Part shown: positions 37,201 to 52,200 of the stretch, in pieces
Layout of the letters: each line of letters begins with the position of its first letter
Position numbering within the stretch: position 1 is the first letter of the stretch
Assembly: GCA_051294905.1 (NCBI GenBank)
Contig: CM119373.1
Coordinates: forward strand, 498,001-562,000
Length of the DNA: 64,000 nt
From: Botryllus schlosseri
Taxonomy: Eukaryota
Direction of reading: 5' to 3'
Made by a program: the position numbers and the translations under genes
Notes under the pieces: generated by a model
The model's database searches: none
What the model was told of the DNA's origin: nothing
What the model saw: the letters and a program-made list of their open reading frames with translations, nothing else

Positions 37201-40200
37201 TCATATTCATAGCTACACAGTTATTTCCAAATTGGATTAACATTAGAAATGTAGCCACCTTTTTCTTCTAAATTAGAACAGAATTGGAATTACTGAATTC
37301 GCGAAAACTGATATCAATTATCAAGTTTAAATGTGTAAAAATGTGTAGCTACAGTTCTAATTCTGATCTAATTATGATAAAAAATGTGTAGCCACAGTTC
37401 TAATTATAATCTAATTCGGATAAAAAAATGTGTTGCTGCAGTTCTAATTATAATCTAATTTGGATAAAAAATGTGTAGCTACAGTTCTAATTCTAATTCT
37501 GAACTAATTTGGACAAAAAAAATGTAGCGACAGTTCTAATTCTAATTCTGATCTAATTTGGACAAAAAAATGTGTAGCTGCAGTTCTAATTATAATCTAA
37601 TTTGGACAAAAAAATGTGTTGCTGCAGTTCTAATTATAATCTAATTTGGATAAAAAATTTGTAACTGCAGTTCTAATTCTGATTCTGAACTAATTTGGAC
37701 AAAAAAATGTGTAGCTACAGTTCTAATTATAATCTAATTCGGATAAAAAAATGTGTTGCTGCAGTTCTAATTATAATCTAATTCGGATAAAAAAATGTGT
37801 TGCTGCAGTTCTAATTATAATCTAATTTGGATAAAAAATTTGTAACTGCAGTTCTAATTCTAATTCTGAACTAATTTGGACAAAAAAATGTGTTGCTGCA
37901 GTTCTAATTATAATCTAATTTGGACAAAAAATGTGTAGCTACAGTTCTAATTCTAATTCTGAACTAATTTGGACAAAAAAAATGTAGCGACAGTTCTAAT
38001 TATAATTCTGATCTAATTTGGACAAAAAAATGTGTTGCTGCAGTTCTAATTATAATCTAATTTGGACAAAAAATGTGTAGCTACAGTTCTAATTCTAATT
38101 CTGAACTAATTTGGACAAAAAAATGTGTAGCCACAGTTCTAATTCTAATTCTGAACTAATTTGGACAAAAAAATGTGTAGCCACAGTTCTAATTATAATC
38201 TAATTCGGATAAAAAAATGTGTTGCTGCAGTTCTAATTATAATCTAATTTGGACAAAAAAATGTGTTGCTGCAGTTCTAATTATAATCTAATTTGGATAA
38301 AAAATTTGTAACTGCAGTTCTAATTCTGATTCTGAACTAATTTGGACAAAAAAAATGTAGCTACAGTTCTAATTCTAATTCTGAACTAATTTGGACAAAA
38401 AAATGTGTAGCCACAGTTCTAATTATAATCTAATTCGGATAAAAAAATGTGTTGCTGCAGCTCTAATTATAATCTAATTTGGATAAAAAATTTGTAACTG
38501 CAGTTCTAATTCTAATTCTGAACTAATTTGGACAAAAAAAATGTAGCGACAGTTCTAATTATAATCTAATTTGGACAAAAAAATGTGTTGCTGCAGTTCT
38601 AATTATAATCTAATTTGGACAAAAAAATGTGTTGCTGCAGTTCTAATTATAATCTAATTTGGACAAAAAAATGTGTTGCTGCAGTTCTAATTATAATCTA
38701 ATTTGGACAAAAAAATGTGTTGCTGCAGCTCTAATTATAATCTAATTTGGACAAAAAAATGTGTTGCTGCAGTTCTAATTATAATCTAATTTGGATAAAA
38801 AATTTGTAACTGCAGTTCTAATTCTAATTCTGAACTAATTTGGACAAAAAAAATGTAGCGACAGTTCTAATTCTAATTCTGATCTAATTTGGACAAAAAA
38901 ATGTGTTGCTGCAGTTCTAATTATAATCTAATTTGGACAAAAAATGTGTAGCTACAGTTCTAATTCTAATTCTGATCTAATTTGGACAAAAAAATGTGTT
39001 GCTGCAGTTCTAATTATAATCTAATTTGGACAAAAAAATGTGTTGCTGCAGTTCTAATTATAATCTAATTTGGACAAAAATATGTGTTGCTGCAGTTCTA
39101 ATTATAATCTAATTCGGATAAAAAAATGTGTAGCTACAGTTCTAATTCTAATTCTGATCTAATTTGGAAAAAAAAAATGTAGCGACAGTTCTAATTATAA
39201 TCTAATTTGGACAAAAAATGTGTAGCTACAGTTCTAATTCTAATTCTGAACTAATTTGGACAAAAAAAATGTAGCGACAGTTCTAATTATAATCTAATTT
39301 GGACAAAAAATGTGTAGCTACAGTTCTAATTCTAATTCTGAACTAATTTGGAAAAAAAAAATGTAGCGACAGTTCTAATTATAATCTAATTTGGACAAAA
39401 AATGTGTAGCTACAGTTCTAATTCTAATTCTGATCTAATTTGGACAAAAAAATGTGTTGCTGCAGTTCTAATTATAATCTAATTTGGACAAAAAAATGTG
39501 TTGCTGCAGTTCTAATTATAATCTAATTTGGACAAAAAAATGTGTTGCTGCAGTTCTAATTATAATCTAATTCGGATAAAAAAATGTGTAGCTACAGTTC
39601 TAATTCTAATTCTGATCTAATTTGGAAAAAAAAAATGTAGCGACAGTTCTAATTATAATCTAATTTGGATAAAAAATTTGTAACTGCAGTTCTAATTCTA
39701 ATTCTGAACTAATTTGGACAAAAAAATGTGTTGCTGCAGTTCTAATTATAATCTAATTTGGACAAAAAATGTGTAGCTACAGTTCTAATTCTAATTCTGA
39801 ACTAATTTGGACAAAAAAAATGTAGCGACAGTTCTAATTATAATTCTGATCTAATTTGGACAAAAAAATGTGTTGCTGCAGTTCTAATTATAATCTAATT
39901 TGGACAAAAAATGTGTAGCTACAGTTCTAATTCTAATTCTGAACTAATTTGGACAAAAAAATGTGTAGCCACAGTTCTAATTCTAATTCTGAACTAATTT
40001 GGACAAAAAAATGTGTAGCCACAGTTCTAATTATAATCTAATTCGGATAAAAAAATGTGTTGCTGCAGTTCTAATTATAATCTAATTTGGACAAAAAAAT
40101 GTGTTGCTGCAGTTCTAATTATAATCTAATTTGGATAAAAAATTTGTAACTGCAGTTCTAATTCTGATTCTGAACTAATTTGGACAAAAAAAATGTAGCT

Positions 40201-43200
40201 ACAGTTCTAATTCTAATTCTGAACTAATTTGGACAAAAAAATGTGTAGCCACAGTTCTAATTATAATCTAATTCGGATAAAAAAATGTGTTGCTGCAGTT
40301 CTAATTATAATCTAATTCGGATAAAAAAATGTGTTGCTGCAGCTCTAATTATAATCTAATTTGGATAAAAAATTTGTAACTGCAGTTCTAATTCTAATTC
40401 TGAACTAATTTGGACAAAAAAAATGTAGCGACAGTTCTAATTATAATCTAATTTGGACAAAAAAATGTGTTGCTGCAGTTCTAATTATAATCTAATTTGG
40501 ACAAAAAAATGTGTTGCTGCAGTTCTAATTATAATCTAATTTGGACAAAAAAATGTGTTGCTGCAGTTCTAATTATAATCTAATTTGGACAAAAAAATGT
40601 GTTGCTGCAGCTCTAATTATAATCTAATTTGGACAAAAAAATGTGTTGCTGCAGTTCTAATTATAATCTAATTTGGATAAAAAATTTGTAACTGCAGTTC
40701 TAATTCTAATTCTGAACTAATTTGGACAAAAAAAATGTAGCGACAGTTCTAATTCTAATTCTGATCTAATTTGGACAAAAAAATGTGTTGCTGCAGTTCT
40801 AATTATAATCTAATTTGGACAAAAAATGTGTAGCTACAGTTCTAATTCTAATTCTGATCTAATTTGGACAAAAAAATGTGTTGCTGCAGTTCTAATTATA
40901 ATCTAATTTGGACAAAAAAATGTGTTGCTGCAGTTCTAATTATAATCTAATTTGGACAAAAATATGTGTTGCTGCAGTTCTAATTATAATCTAATTCGGA
41001 TAAAAAAATGTGTAGCTACAGTTCTAATTCTAATTCTGATCTAATTTGGAAAAAAAAAATGTAGCGACAGTTCTAATTATAATCTAATTTGGACAAAAAA
41101 TGTGTAGCTACAGTTCTAATTCTAATTCTGAACTAATTTGGACAAAAAAAATGTAGCGACAGTTCTAATTATAATCTAATTTGGACAAAAAATGTGTAGC
41201 TACAGTTCTAATTCTAATTCTGAACTAATTTGGAAAAAAAAAATGTAGCGACAGTTCTAATTATAATCTAATTTGGACAAAAAATGTGTAGCTACAGTTC
41301 TAATTCTAATTCTGATCTAATTTGGACAAAAAAATGTGTTGCTGCAGTTCTAATTATAATCTAATTTGGACAAAAAAATGTGTTGCTGCAGTTCTAATTA
41401 TAATCTAATTTGGACAAAAAAATGTGTTGCTGCAGTTCTAATTATAATCTAATTCGGATAAAAAAATGTGTAGCTACAGTTCTAATTCTAATTCTGATCT
41501 AATTTGGAAAAAAAAAATGTAGCGACAGTTCTAATTATAATCTAATTTGGACAAAAAATGTGTAGCTACAGTTCTAATTCTAATTCTGAACTAATTTGGA
41601 CAAAAAAAATGTAGCGACAGTTCTAATTATAATCTAATTTGGACAAAAAATGTGTAGCTACAGTTCTAATTCTAATTCTGAACTAATTTGGAAAAAAAAA
41701 ATGTAGCGACAGTTCTAATTATAATCTAATTTGGACAAAAAATGTGTAGCTACAGTTCTAATTCTAATTCCGATCTAATTTGGAAAAAAAAAATGTAGCG
41801 ACAGTTCTAATTATAATCTAATTTGGACAAAAAATGTGTAGCTACAGTTCTAATTCTAATTCTGAACTAATTTGGACAAAAAAAATGTAGCGACAGTTCT
41901 AATTATAATCTAATTTGGACAAAAAAATGTGTTGCTGCAGTTCTAATTCTGATTCTGAACTAATTTGGACAAAAAAAATGTGTTGCTGCAGTTCTAATTA
42001 TAATCTAATTTGGACAAAAAATGTGTAGCTACAGTTCTAATTCTAATTCTGATCTAATTTGGACAAAAAAATGTGTTGCTGCAGTTCTAATTATAATCTA
42101 ATTTGGATAAAAAATTAGTAGCTACAGTTCTAATTCTGAACTAATTTGGATAAAAAATGTGTAGCTACAGTTCTAATTCTAATCTAATTTGGATAAAAAA
42201 TTTGTAGCTGCAGTTCTAATTATAATCTAAATTGGACAAAAAAATGTGTTGCTGCAGTTCTAATTATAATCTAATTCGGATAAAAAATGTGTAGCTACAG
42301 TTCTAATTCTAATTCTGATCTAATTTGGACAAAAAAATGTGTTGCTGCAGTTCTAATTATAATCTAATTTGGACAAAAAATGTGTAGCTACAGTTCTAAT
42401 TCTAATTCTGATCTAATTTGGACAAAAAAATGTGTTGCTGCAGTTTTAATTATAATCTAATTTGGACAAAAAAATGTGTTGCTGCAGTTCTAATTATAAT
42501 CTAATTTGGACAAAAAAATGTGTTGCTGCAGTTCTAATTATAATCTAATTCGGATAAAAAAATGTGTTGCTGCAGCTCTAATTATAATCTAATTTGTATA
42601 AAAAATTTGTAGCTACAGTTCTAATTCTAATTCTGATCTAATTTGGACAAAAAAATGTGTTGCTGCAGTTCTAATTATAATCTAATTTGGACAAAAAAAT
42701 GTGTTGCTGCAGTTCTAATTATAATCTAATTCGGATAAAAAAATGTGTTGCTGCAGTTCTAATTATAATCTAATTTGGACAAAAAATGTGTAGCTACAGT
42801 TCTAATTCTAATTCTGATCTAATTTGGAAAAAAAAAATGTAGCGACAGTTCTAATTATAATCTAATTTGGACAAAAAATGTGTAGCTACAGTTCTAATTC
42901 TAATTTTGAACTAATTTGGACAAAAAAAATGTAGCGACAGTTCTAATTATAATCTAATTTGGACAAAAAAATGTGTTGCTGCAGTTCTAATTATAATCTA
43001 ATTTGGACAAAAAATGTGTAGCTACAGTTCTAATTCTAATTCTGATCTAATTTGGACAAAAAAATGTGTTGCTGCAGTTCTAATTATAATCTAATTCGGA
43101 TAAAAAATGTGTAGCTACAGTTCTAATTCTAATTCTGATCTAATTTGGACAAAAAAATGTGTTGCTGCAGTTCTAATTATAATCTAATTTGGACAAAAAA

Positions 43201-46200
43201 TGTGTAGCTACAGTTCTAATTCTAATTCTGATCTAATTTGGACAAAAAAATGTGTTGCTGCAGTTTTAATTATAATCTAATTTGGACAAAAAAATGTGTT
43301 GCTGCAGTTCTAATTATAATCTAATTTGGACAAAAAAATGTGTTGCTGCAGTTCTAATTATAATCTAATTCGGATAAAAAAATGTGTTGCTGCAGCTCTA
43401 ATTATAATCTAATTTGTATAAAAAATTTGTAGCTACAGTTCTAATTCTAATTCTGATCTAATTTGGACAAAAAAATGTGTTGCTGCAGTTCTAATTATAA
43501 TCTAATTTGGACAAAAAAATGTGTTGCTGCAGTTCTAATTATAATCTAATTCGGATAAAAAAATGTGTTGCTGCAGTTCTAATTATAATCTAATTTGGAC
43601 AAAAAATGTGTAGCTACAGTTCTAATTCTAATTCTGATCTAATTTGGAAAAAAAAAATGTAGCGACAGTTCTAATTATAATCTAATTTGGACAAAAAATG
43701 TGTAGCTACAGTTCTAATTCTAATTTTGAACTAATTTGGACAAAAAAAATGTAGCGACAGTTCTAATTATAATCTAATTTGGACAAAAAAATGTGTTGCT
43801 GCAGTTCTAATTATAATCTAATTTGGACAAAAAATGTGTAGCTACAGTTCTAATTCTAATTCTGAACTAATTTGGACAAAAAAATGTGTTGCTGCAGTTC
43901 TAATTATAATCTAATTTGGACAAAAAAATGTGTTGCTGCAGTTCTAATTATAATCTAATTCGGATAAAAAATGTGTAGCTACAGTTCTAATTCTAATTCT
44001 GATCTAATTTGGACAAAAAAATGTGTTGCTGCAGTTCTAATTATAATCTAATTTGGACAAAAAATGTGTAGCTACAGTTCTAATTCTAATTCTGATCTAA
44101 TTTGGACAAAAAAATGTGTTGCTGCAGTTTTAATTATAATCTAATTTGGACAAAAAAATGTGTTGCTGCAGTTCTAATTATAATCTAATTTGGACAAAAA
44201 AATGTGTTGCTGCAGTTCTAATTATAATCTAATTCGGATAAAAAAATGTGTTGCTGCAGCTCTAATTATAATCTAATTTGTATAAAAAATTTGTAGCTAC
44301 AGTTCTAATTCTAATTCTGATCTAATTTGGACAAAAAAATGTGTTGCTGCAGTTCTAATTATAATCTAATTTGGACAAAAAAATGTGTTGCTGCAGTTCT
44401 AATTATAATCTAATTCGGATAAAAAAATGTGTTGCTGCAGTTCTAATTATAATCTAATTTGGACAAAAAATGTGTAGCTACAGTTCTAATTCTAATTCTG
44501 ATCTAATTTGGAAAAAAAAAATGTAGCGACAGTTCTAATTATAATCTAATTTGGACAAAAAATGTGTAGCTACAGTTCTAATTCTAATTTTGAACTAATT
44601 TGGACAAAAAAAATGTAGCGACAGTTCTAATTATAATCTAATTTGGACAAAAAAATGTGTTGCTGCAGTTCTAATTATAATCTAATTTGGACAAAAAATG
44701 TGTAGCTACAGTTCTAATTCTAATTCTGATCTAATTTGGACAAAAAAATGTGTTGCTGCAGTTCTAATTATAATCTAATTCGGATAAAAAAATGTGTAGC
44801 TACAGTTCTAATTCTAATTCTGATCTAATTTGGAAAAAAAAAATGTAGCGACAGTTCTAATTATAATCTAATTTGGACAAAAAATGTGTAGCTACAGTTC
44901 TAATTCTAATTCTGAACTAATTTGGACAAAAAAAATGTAGCGACAGTTCTAATTATAATCTAATTTGGACAAAAAATGTGTAGTTACAGTTCTAATTCTA
45001 ATTCTGAACTAATTTGGAAAAAAAAAATGTAGCGACAGTTCTAATTATAATCTAATTTGGACAAAAAATGTGTAGCTACAGTTCTAATTCTAATTCTGAT
45101 CTAATTTGGACAAAAAAATGTGTTGCTGCAGTTCTAATTATAATCTAATTTGGACAAAAAAATGTGTTGCTGCAGTTCTAATTATAATCTAATTCGGATA
45201 AAAAATGTGTAGCTACAGTTCTAATTCTAATTCTGATCTAATTTGGACAAAAAAATGTGTTGCTGCAGTTCTAATTATAATCTAATTTGGACAAAAAATG
45301 TGTTGCTGCAGTTTTAATTATAATCTAATTTGGACAAAAAAATGTGTTGCTGCAGTTCTAATTATAATCTAATTCGGATAAAAAATGTGTAGCTACAGTT
45401 CTAATTCTAATTCTGATCTAATTTGGACAAAAAAATGTGTTGCTGCAGTTTTAATTATAATCTAATTTGGACAAAAAAATGTGTTGCTGCAGTTCTAATT
45501 ATAATCTAATTTGGACAAAAAAATGTGTTGCTGCAGTTCTAATTATAATCTAATTCGGATAAAAAAATGTGTTGCTGCAGCTCTAATTATAATCTAATTT
45601 GTATAAAAAATTTGTAGCTACAGTTCTAATTCTAATTCTGATCTAATTTGGACAAAAAAATGTGTTGCTGCAGTTCTAATTATAATCTAATTTGGACAAA
45701 AAAATGTGTTGCTGCAGTTCTAATTATAATCTAATTCGGATAAAAAAATGTGTTGCTGCAGTTCTAATTATAATCTAATTTGGACAAAAAATGTGTAGCT
45801 ACAGTTCTAATTCTAATTCTGATCTAATTTGGAAAAAAAAAATGTAGCGACAGTTCTAATTATAATCTAATTTGGACAAAAAATGTGTAGCTACAGTTCT
45901 AATTCTAATTTTGAACTAATTTGGACAAAAAAAATGTAGCGACAGTTCTAATTATAATCTAATTTGGACAAAAAAATGTGTTGCTGCAGTTCTAATTATA
46001 ATCTAATTTGGACAAAAAATGTGTAGCTACAGTTCTAATTCTAATTCTGATCTAATTTGGAAAAAAAAAATGTAGCGACAGTTCTAATTATAATCTAATT
46101 TGGACAAAAAATGTGTAGCTACAGTTCTAATTCTAATTCTGAACTAATTTGGACAAAAAAAATGTAGCGACAGTTCTAATTATAATCTAATTTGGACAAA

Positions 46201-49200
46201 AAATGTGTAGCTACAGTTCTAATTCTAATTCTGATCTAATTTGGACAAAAAAATGTGTTGCTGCAGTTCTAATTATAATCTAATTCGGATAAAAAAATGT
46301 GTAGCTACAGTTCTAATTCTAATTCTGATCTAATTTGGAAAAAAAAAATGTAGCGACAGTTCTAATTATAATCTAATTTGGACAAAAAATGTGTAGCTAC
46401 AGTTCTAATTCTAATTCTGAACTAATTTGGACAAAAAAAATGTAGCGACAGTTCTAATTATAATCTAATTTGGACAAAAAATGTGTAGCTACAGTTCTAA
46501 TTCTAATTCTGAACTAATTTGGAAAAAAAAAATGTAGCGACAGTTCTAATTATAATCTAATTTGGACAAAAAATGTGTAGCTACAGTTCTAATTCTAATT
46601 CTGATCTAATTTGGACAAAAAAATGTGTTGCTGCAGTTCTAATTATAATCTAATTTGGACAAAAAAATGTGTTGCTGCAGTTCTAATTATAATCTAATTT
46701 GGACAAAAAAATGTGTTGCTGCAGTTCTAATTATAATCTAATTCGGATAAAAAAATGTGTAGCTACAGTTCTAATTCTAATTCTGATCTAATTTGGAAAA
46801 AAAAATGTAGCGACAGTTCTAATTATAATCTAATTTGGACAAAAAATGTGTAGCTACAGTTCTAATTCTAATTCTGAACTAATTTGGACAAAAAAAATGT
46901 AGCGACAGTTCTAATTATAATCTAATTTGGACAAAAAATGTGTAGCTACAGTTCTAATTCTAATTCTGAACTAATTTGGAAAAAAAAAATGTAGCGACAG
47001 TTCTAATTATAATCTAATTTGGACAAAAAATGTGTAGCTACAGTTCTAATTCTAATTCTGATCTAATTTGGACAAAAAAATGTGTTGCTGCAGTTCTAAT
47101 TATAATCTAATTTGGACAAAAAAATGTGTTGCTGCAGTTCTAATTATAATCTAATTTGGACAAAAAAATGTGTTGCTGCAGTTCTAATTATAATCTAATT
47201 CGGATAAAAAAATGTGTAGCTACAGTTCTAATTCTAATTCTGATCTAATTTGGAAAAAAAAAATGTAGCGACAGTTCTAATTATAATCTAATTTGGACAA
47301 AAAATGTGTAGCTACAGTTCTAATTCTAATTCTGAACTAATTTGGACAAAAAAAATGTAGCGACAGTTCTAATTATAATCTAATTTGGACAAAAAATGTG
47401 TAGCTACAGTTCTAATTCTAATTCTGAACTAATTTGGAAAAAAAAAATGTAGCGACAGTTCTAATTATAATCTAATTTGGACAAAAAATGTGTAGCTACA
47501 GTTCTAATTCTAATTCCGATCTAATTTGGAAAAAAAAAATGTAGCGACAGTTCTAATTATAATCTAATTTGGACAAAAAATGTGTAGCTACAGTTCTAAT
47601 TCTAATTCTGATCTAATTTGGAAAAAAAAAATGTAGCGACAGTTCTAATTATAATCTAATTTGGACAAAAAATGTGTAGCTACAGTTCTAATTCTAATTT
47701 TGAACTAATTTGGACAAAAAAAATGTAGCGACAGTTCTAATTATAATCTAATTTGGACAAAAAAATGTGTTGCTGCAGTTCTAATTATAATCTAATTTGG
47801 ACAAAAAATGTGTAGCTACAGTTCTAATTCTAATTCTGATCTAATTTGGACAAAAAAATGTGTTGCTGCAGTTCTAATTATAATCTAATTCGGATAAAAA
47901 AATGTGTAGCTACAGTTCTAATTCTAATTCTGATCTAATTTGGAAAAAAAAAATGTAGCGACAGTTCTAATTATAATCTAATTTGGACAAAAAATGTGTA
48001 GCTACAGTTCTAATTCTAATTCTGAACTAATTTGGACAAAAAAAATGTAGCGACAGTTCTAATTATAATCTAATTTGGACAAAAAATGTGTAGCTACAGT
48101 TCTAATTCTAATTCTGAACTAATTTGGAAAAAAAAAATGTAGCGACAGTTCTAATTATAATCTAATTTGGACAAAAAATGTGTAGCTACAGTTCTAATTC
48201 TAATTCTGATCTAATTTGGACAAAAAAATGTGTTGCTGCAGTTCTAATTATAATCTAATTTGGACAAAAAAATGTGTTGCTGCAGTTCTAATTATAATCT
48301 AATTCGGATAAAAAATGTGTAGCTACAGTTCTAATTCTAATTCTGATCTAATTTGGACAAAAAAATGTGTTGCTGCAGTTCTAATTATAATCTAATTTGG
48401 ACAAAAAATGTGTAGCTACAGTTCTAATTCTAATTCTGATCTAATTTGGACAAAAAAATGTGTTGCTGCAGTTTTAATTATAATCTAATTTGGACAAAAA
48501 AATGTGTTGCTGCAGTTCTAATTATAATCTAATTTGGACAAAAAAATGTGTTGCTGCAGTTCTAATTATAATCTAATTCGGATAAAAAAATGTGTTGCTG
48601 CAGCTCTAATTATAATCTAATTTGTATAAAAAATTTGTAGCTACAGTTCTAATTCTAATTCTGATCTAATTTGGACAAAAAAATGTGTTGCTGCAGTTCT
48701 AATTATAATCTAATTTGGACAAAAAAATGTGTTGCTGCAGTTCTAATTATAATCTAATTCGGATAAAAAAATGTGTTGCTGCAGTTCTAATTATAATCTA
48801 ATTCGGATAAAAAAATGTGTAGCTACAGTTCTAATTCTAATTCTGATCTAATTTGGAAAAAAAAAATGTAGCGACAGTTCTAATTATAATCTAATTTGGA
48901 CAAAAAATGTGTAGCTACAGTTCTAATTCTAATTTTGAACTAATTTGGACAAAAAAAATGTAGCGACAGTTCTAATTATAATCTAATTTGGACAAAAAAA
49001 TGTGTTGCTGCAGTTCTAATTATAATCTAATTTGGACAAAAAATGTGTAGCTACAGTTCTAATTCTAATTCTGATCTAATTTGGAAAAAAAAAATGTAGC
49101 GACAGTTCTAATTATAATCTAATTTGGACAAAAAATGTGTAGCTACAGTTCTAATTCTAATTTTGAACTAATTTGGACAAAAAAAATGTAGCGACAGTTC

Positions 49201-52200
49201 TAATTATAATCTAATTTGGACAAAAAAATGTGTTGCTGCAGTTCTAATTATAATCTAATTTGGACAAAAAATGTGTAGCTACAGTTCTAATTCTAATTCT
49301 GATCTAATTTGGACAAAAAAATGTGTTGCTGCAGTTTTAATTATAATCTAATTTGGACAAAAAAATGTGTTGCTGCAGTTCTAATTATAATCTAATTTGG
49401 ACAAAAAAATGTGTTGCTGCAGTTCTAATTATAATCTAATTTGGACAAAAAAATGTGTTGCTGCAGCTCTAATTATAATCTAATTCGGATAAAAAAATGT
49501 GTAGCTACAGTTCTAATTCTAATTCTGATCTAATTTGGAAAAAAAAAATGTAGCGACAGTTCTAATTATAATCTAATTTGGACAAAAAATGTGTAGCTAC
49601 AGTTCTAATTCTAATTCTGAACTAATTTGGACAAAAAAAATGTAGCGACAGTTCTAATTATAATCTAATTTGGACAAAAAATGTGTAGCTACAGTTCTAA
49701 TTCTAATTCTGAACTAATTTGGAAAAAAAAAATGTAGCGACAGTTCTAATTATAATCTAATTTGGACAAAAAATGTGTAGCTACAGTTCTAATTCTAATT
49801 CCGATCTAATTTGGAAAAAAAAAATGTAGCGACAGTTCTAATTATAATCTAATTTGGACAAAAAATGTGTAGCTACAGTTCTAATTCTAATTCTGATCTA
49901 ATTTGGAAAAAAAAAATGTAGCGACAGTTCTAATTATAATCTAATTTGGACAAAAAATGTGTAGCTACAGTTCTAATTCTAATTTTGAACTAATTTGGAC
50001 AAAAAAAATGTAGCGACAGTTCTAATTATAATCTAATTTGGACAAAAAAATGTGTTGCTGCAGTTCTAATTATAATCTAATTTGGACAAAAAATGTGTAG
50101 CTACAGTTCTAATTCTAATTCTGATCTAATTTGGACAAAAAAATGTGTTGCTGCAGTTCTAATTATAATCTAATTCGGATAAAAAAATGTGTAGCTACAG
50201 TTCTAATTCTAATTCTGATCTAATTTGGAAAAAAAAAATGTAGCGACAGTTCTAATTATAATCTAATTTGGACAAAAAATGTGTAGCTACAGTTCTAATT
50301 CTAATTCTGAACTAATTTGGACAAAAAAAATGTAGCGACAGTTCTAATTATAATCTAATTTGGACAAAAAATGTGTAGCTACAGTTCTAATTCTAATTCT
50401 GAACTAATTTGGAAAAAAAAAATGTAGCGACAGTTCTAATTATAATCTAATTTGGACAAAAAATGTGTAGCTACAGTTCTAATTCTAATTCTGATCTAAT
50501 TTGGACAAAAAAATGTGTTGCTGCAGTTCTAATTATAATCTAATTTGGACAAAAAAATGTGTTGCTGCAGTTCTAATTATAATCTAATTCGGATAAAAAA
50601 TGTGTAGCTACAGTTCTAATTCTAATTCTGATCTAATTTGGACAAAAAAATGTGTTGCTGCAGTTCTAATTATAATCTAATTTGGACAAAAAATGTGTAG
50701 CTACAGTTCTAATTCTAATTCTGATCTAATTTGGACAAAAAAATGTGTTGCTGCAGTTTTAATTATAATCTAATTTGGACAAAAAAATGTGTTGCTGCAG
50801 TTCTAATTATAATCTAATTTGGACAAAAAAATGTGTTGCTGCAGTTCTAATTATAATCTAATTCGGATAAAAAAATGTGTTGCTGCAGCTCTAATTATAA
50901 TCTAATTTGTATAAAAAATTTGTAGCTACAGTTCTAATTCTAATTCTGATCTAATTTGGACAAAAAAATGTGTTGCTGCAGTTCTAATTATAATCTAATT
51001 TGGACAAAAAAATGTGTTGCTGCAGTTCTAATTATAATCTAATTCGGATAAAAAAATGTGTTGCTGCAGTTCTAATTATAATCTAATTTGGACAAAAAAT
51101 GTGTAGCTACAGTTCTAATTCTAATTCTGATCTAATTTGGAAAAAAAAATGTAGCGACAGTTCTAATTATAATCTAATTTGGACAAAAAATGTGTAGCTA
51201 CAGTTCTAATTCTAATTTTGAACTAATTTGGACAAAAAAAATGTAGCGACAGTTCTAATTATAATCTAATTTGGACAAAAAAATGTGTTGCTGCAGTTCT
51301 AATTATAATCTAATTTGGACAAAAAATGTGTAGCTACAGTTCTAATTCTAATTCTGATCTAATTTGGACAAAAAAATGTGTTGCTGCAGTTCTAATTATA
51401 ATCTAATTCGGATAAAAAAATGTGTAGCTACAGTTCTAATTCTAATTCTGATCTAATTTGGAAAAAAAAAATGTAGCGACAGTTCTAATTATAATCTAAT
51501 TTGGACAAAAAATGTGTAGCTACAGTTCTAATTCTAATTCTGAACTAATTTGGACAAAAAAAATGTAGCGACAGTTCTAATTATAATCTAATTTGGACAA
51601 AAAATGTGTAGCTACAGTTCTAATTCTAATTCTGAACTAATTTGGAAAAAAAAAATGTAGCGACAGTTCTAATTATAATCTAATTTGGACAAAAAATGTG
51701 TAGCTACAGTTCTAATTCTAATTCTGATCTAATTTGGACAAAAAAATGTGTTGCTGCAGTTCTAATTATAATCTAATTTGGACAAAAAAATGTGTTGCTG
51801 CAGTTCTAATTATAATCTAATTTGGACAAAAAAATGTGTTGCTGCAGTTCTAATTATAATCTAATTCGGATAAAAAAATGTGTAGCTACAGTTCTAATTC
51901 TAATTCTGATCTAATTTGGAAAAAAAAAATGTAGCGACAGTTCTAATTATAATCTAATTTGGACAAAAAATGTGTAGCTACAGTTCTAATTCTAATTCTG
52001 AACTAATTTGGACAAAAAAAATGTAGCGACAGTTCTAATTATAATCTAATTTGGACAAAAAATGTGTAGCTACAGTTCTAATTCTAATTCTGAACTAATT
52101 TGGAAAAAAAAAATGTAGCGACAGTTCTAATTATAATCTAATTTGGACAAAAAATGTGTAGCTACAGTTCTAATTCTAATTCCGATCTAATTTGGAAAAA

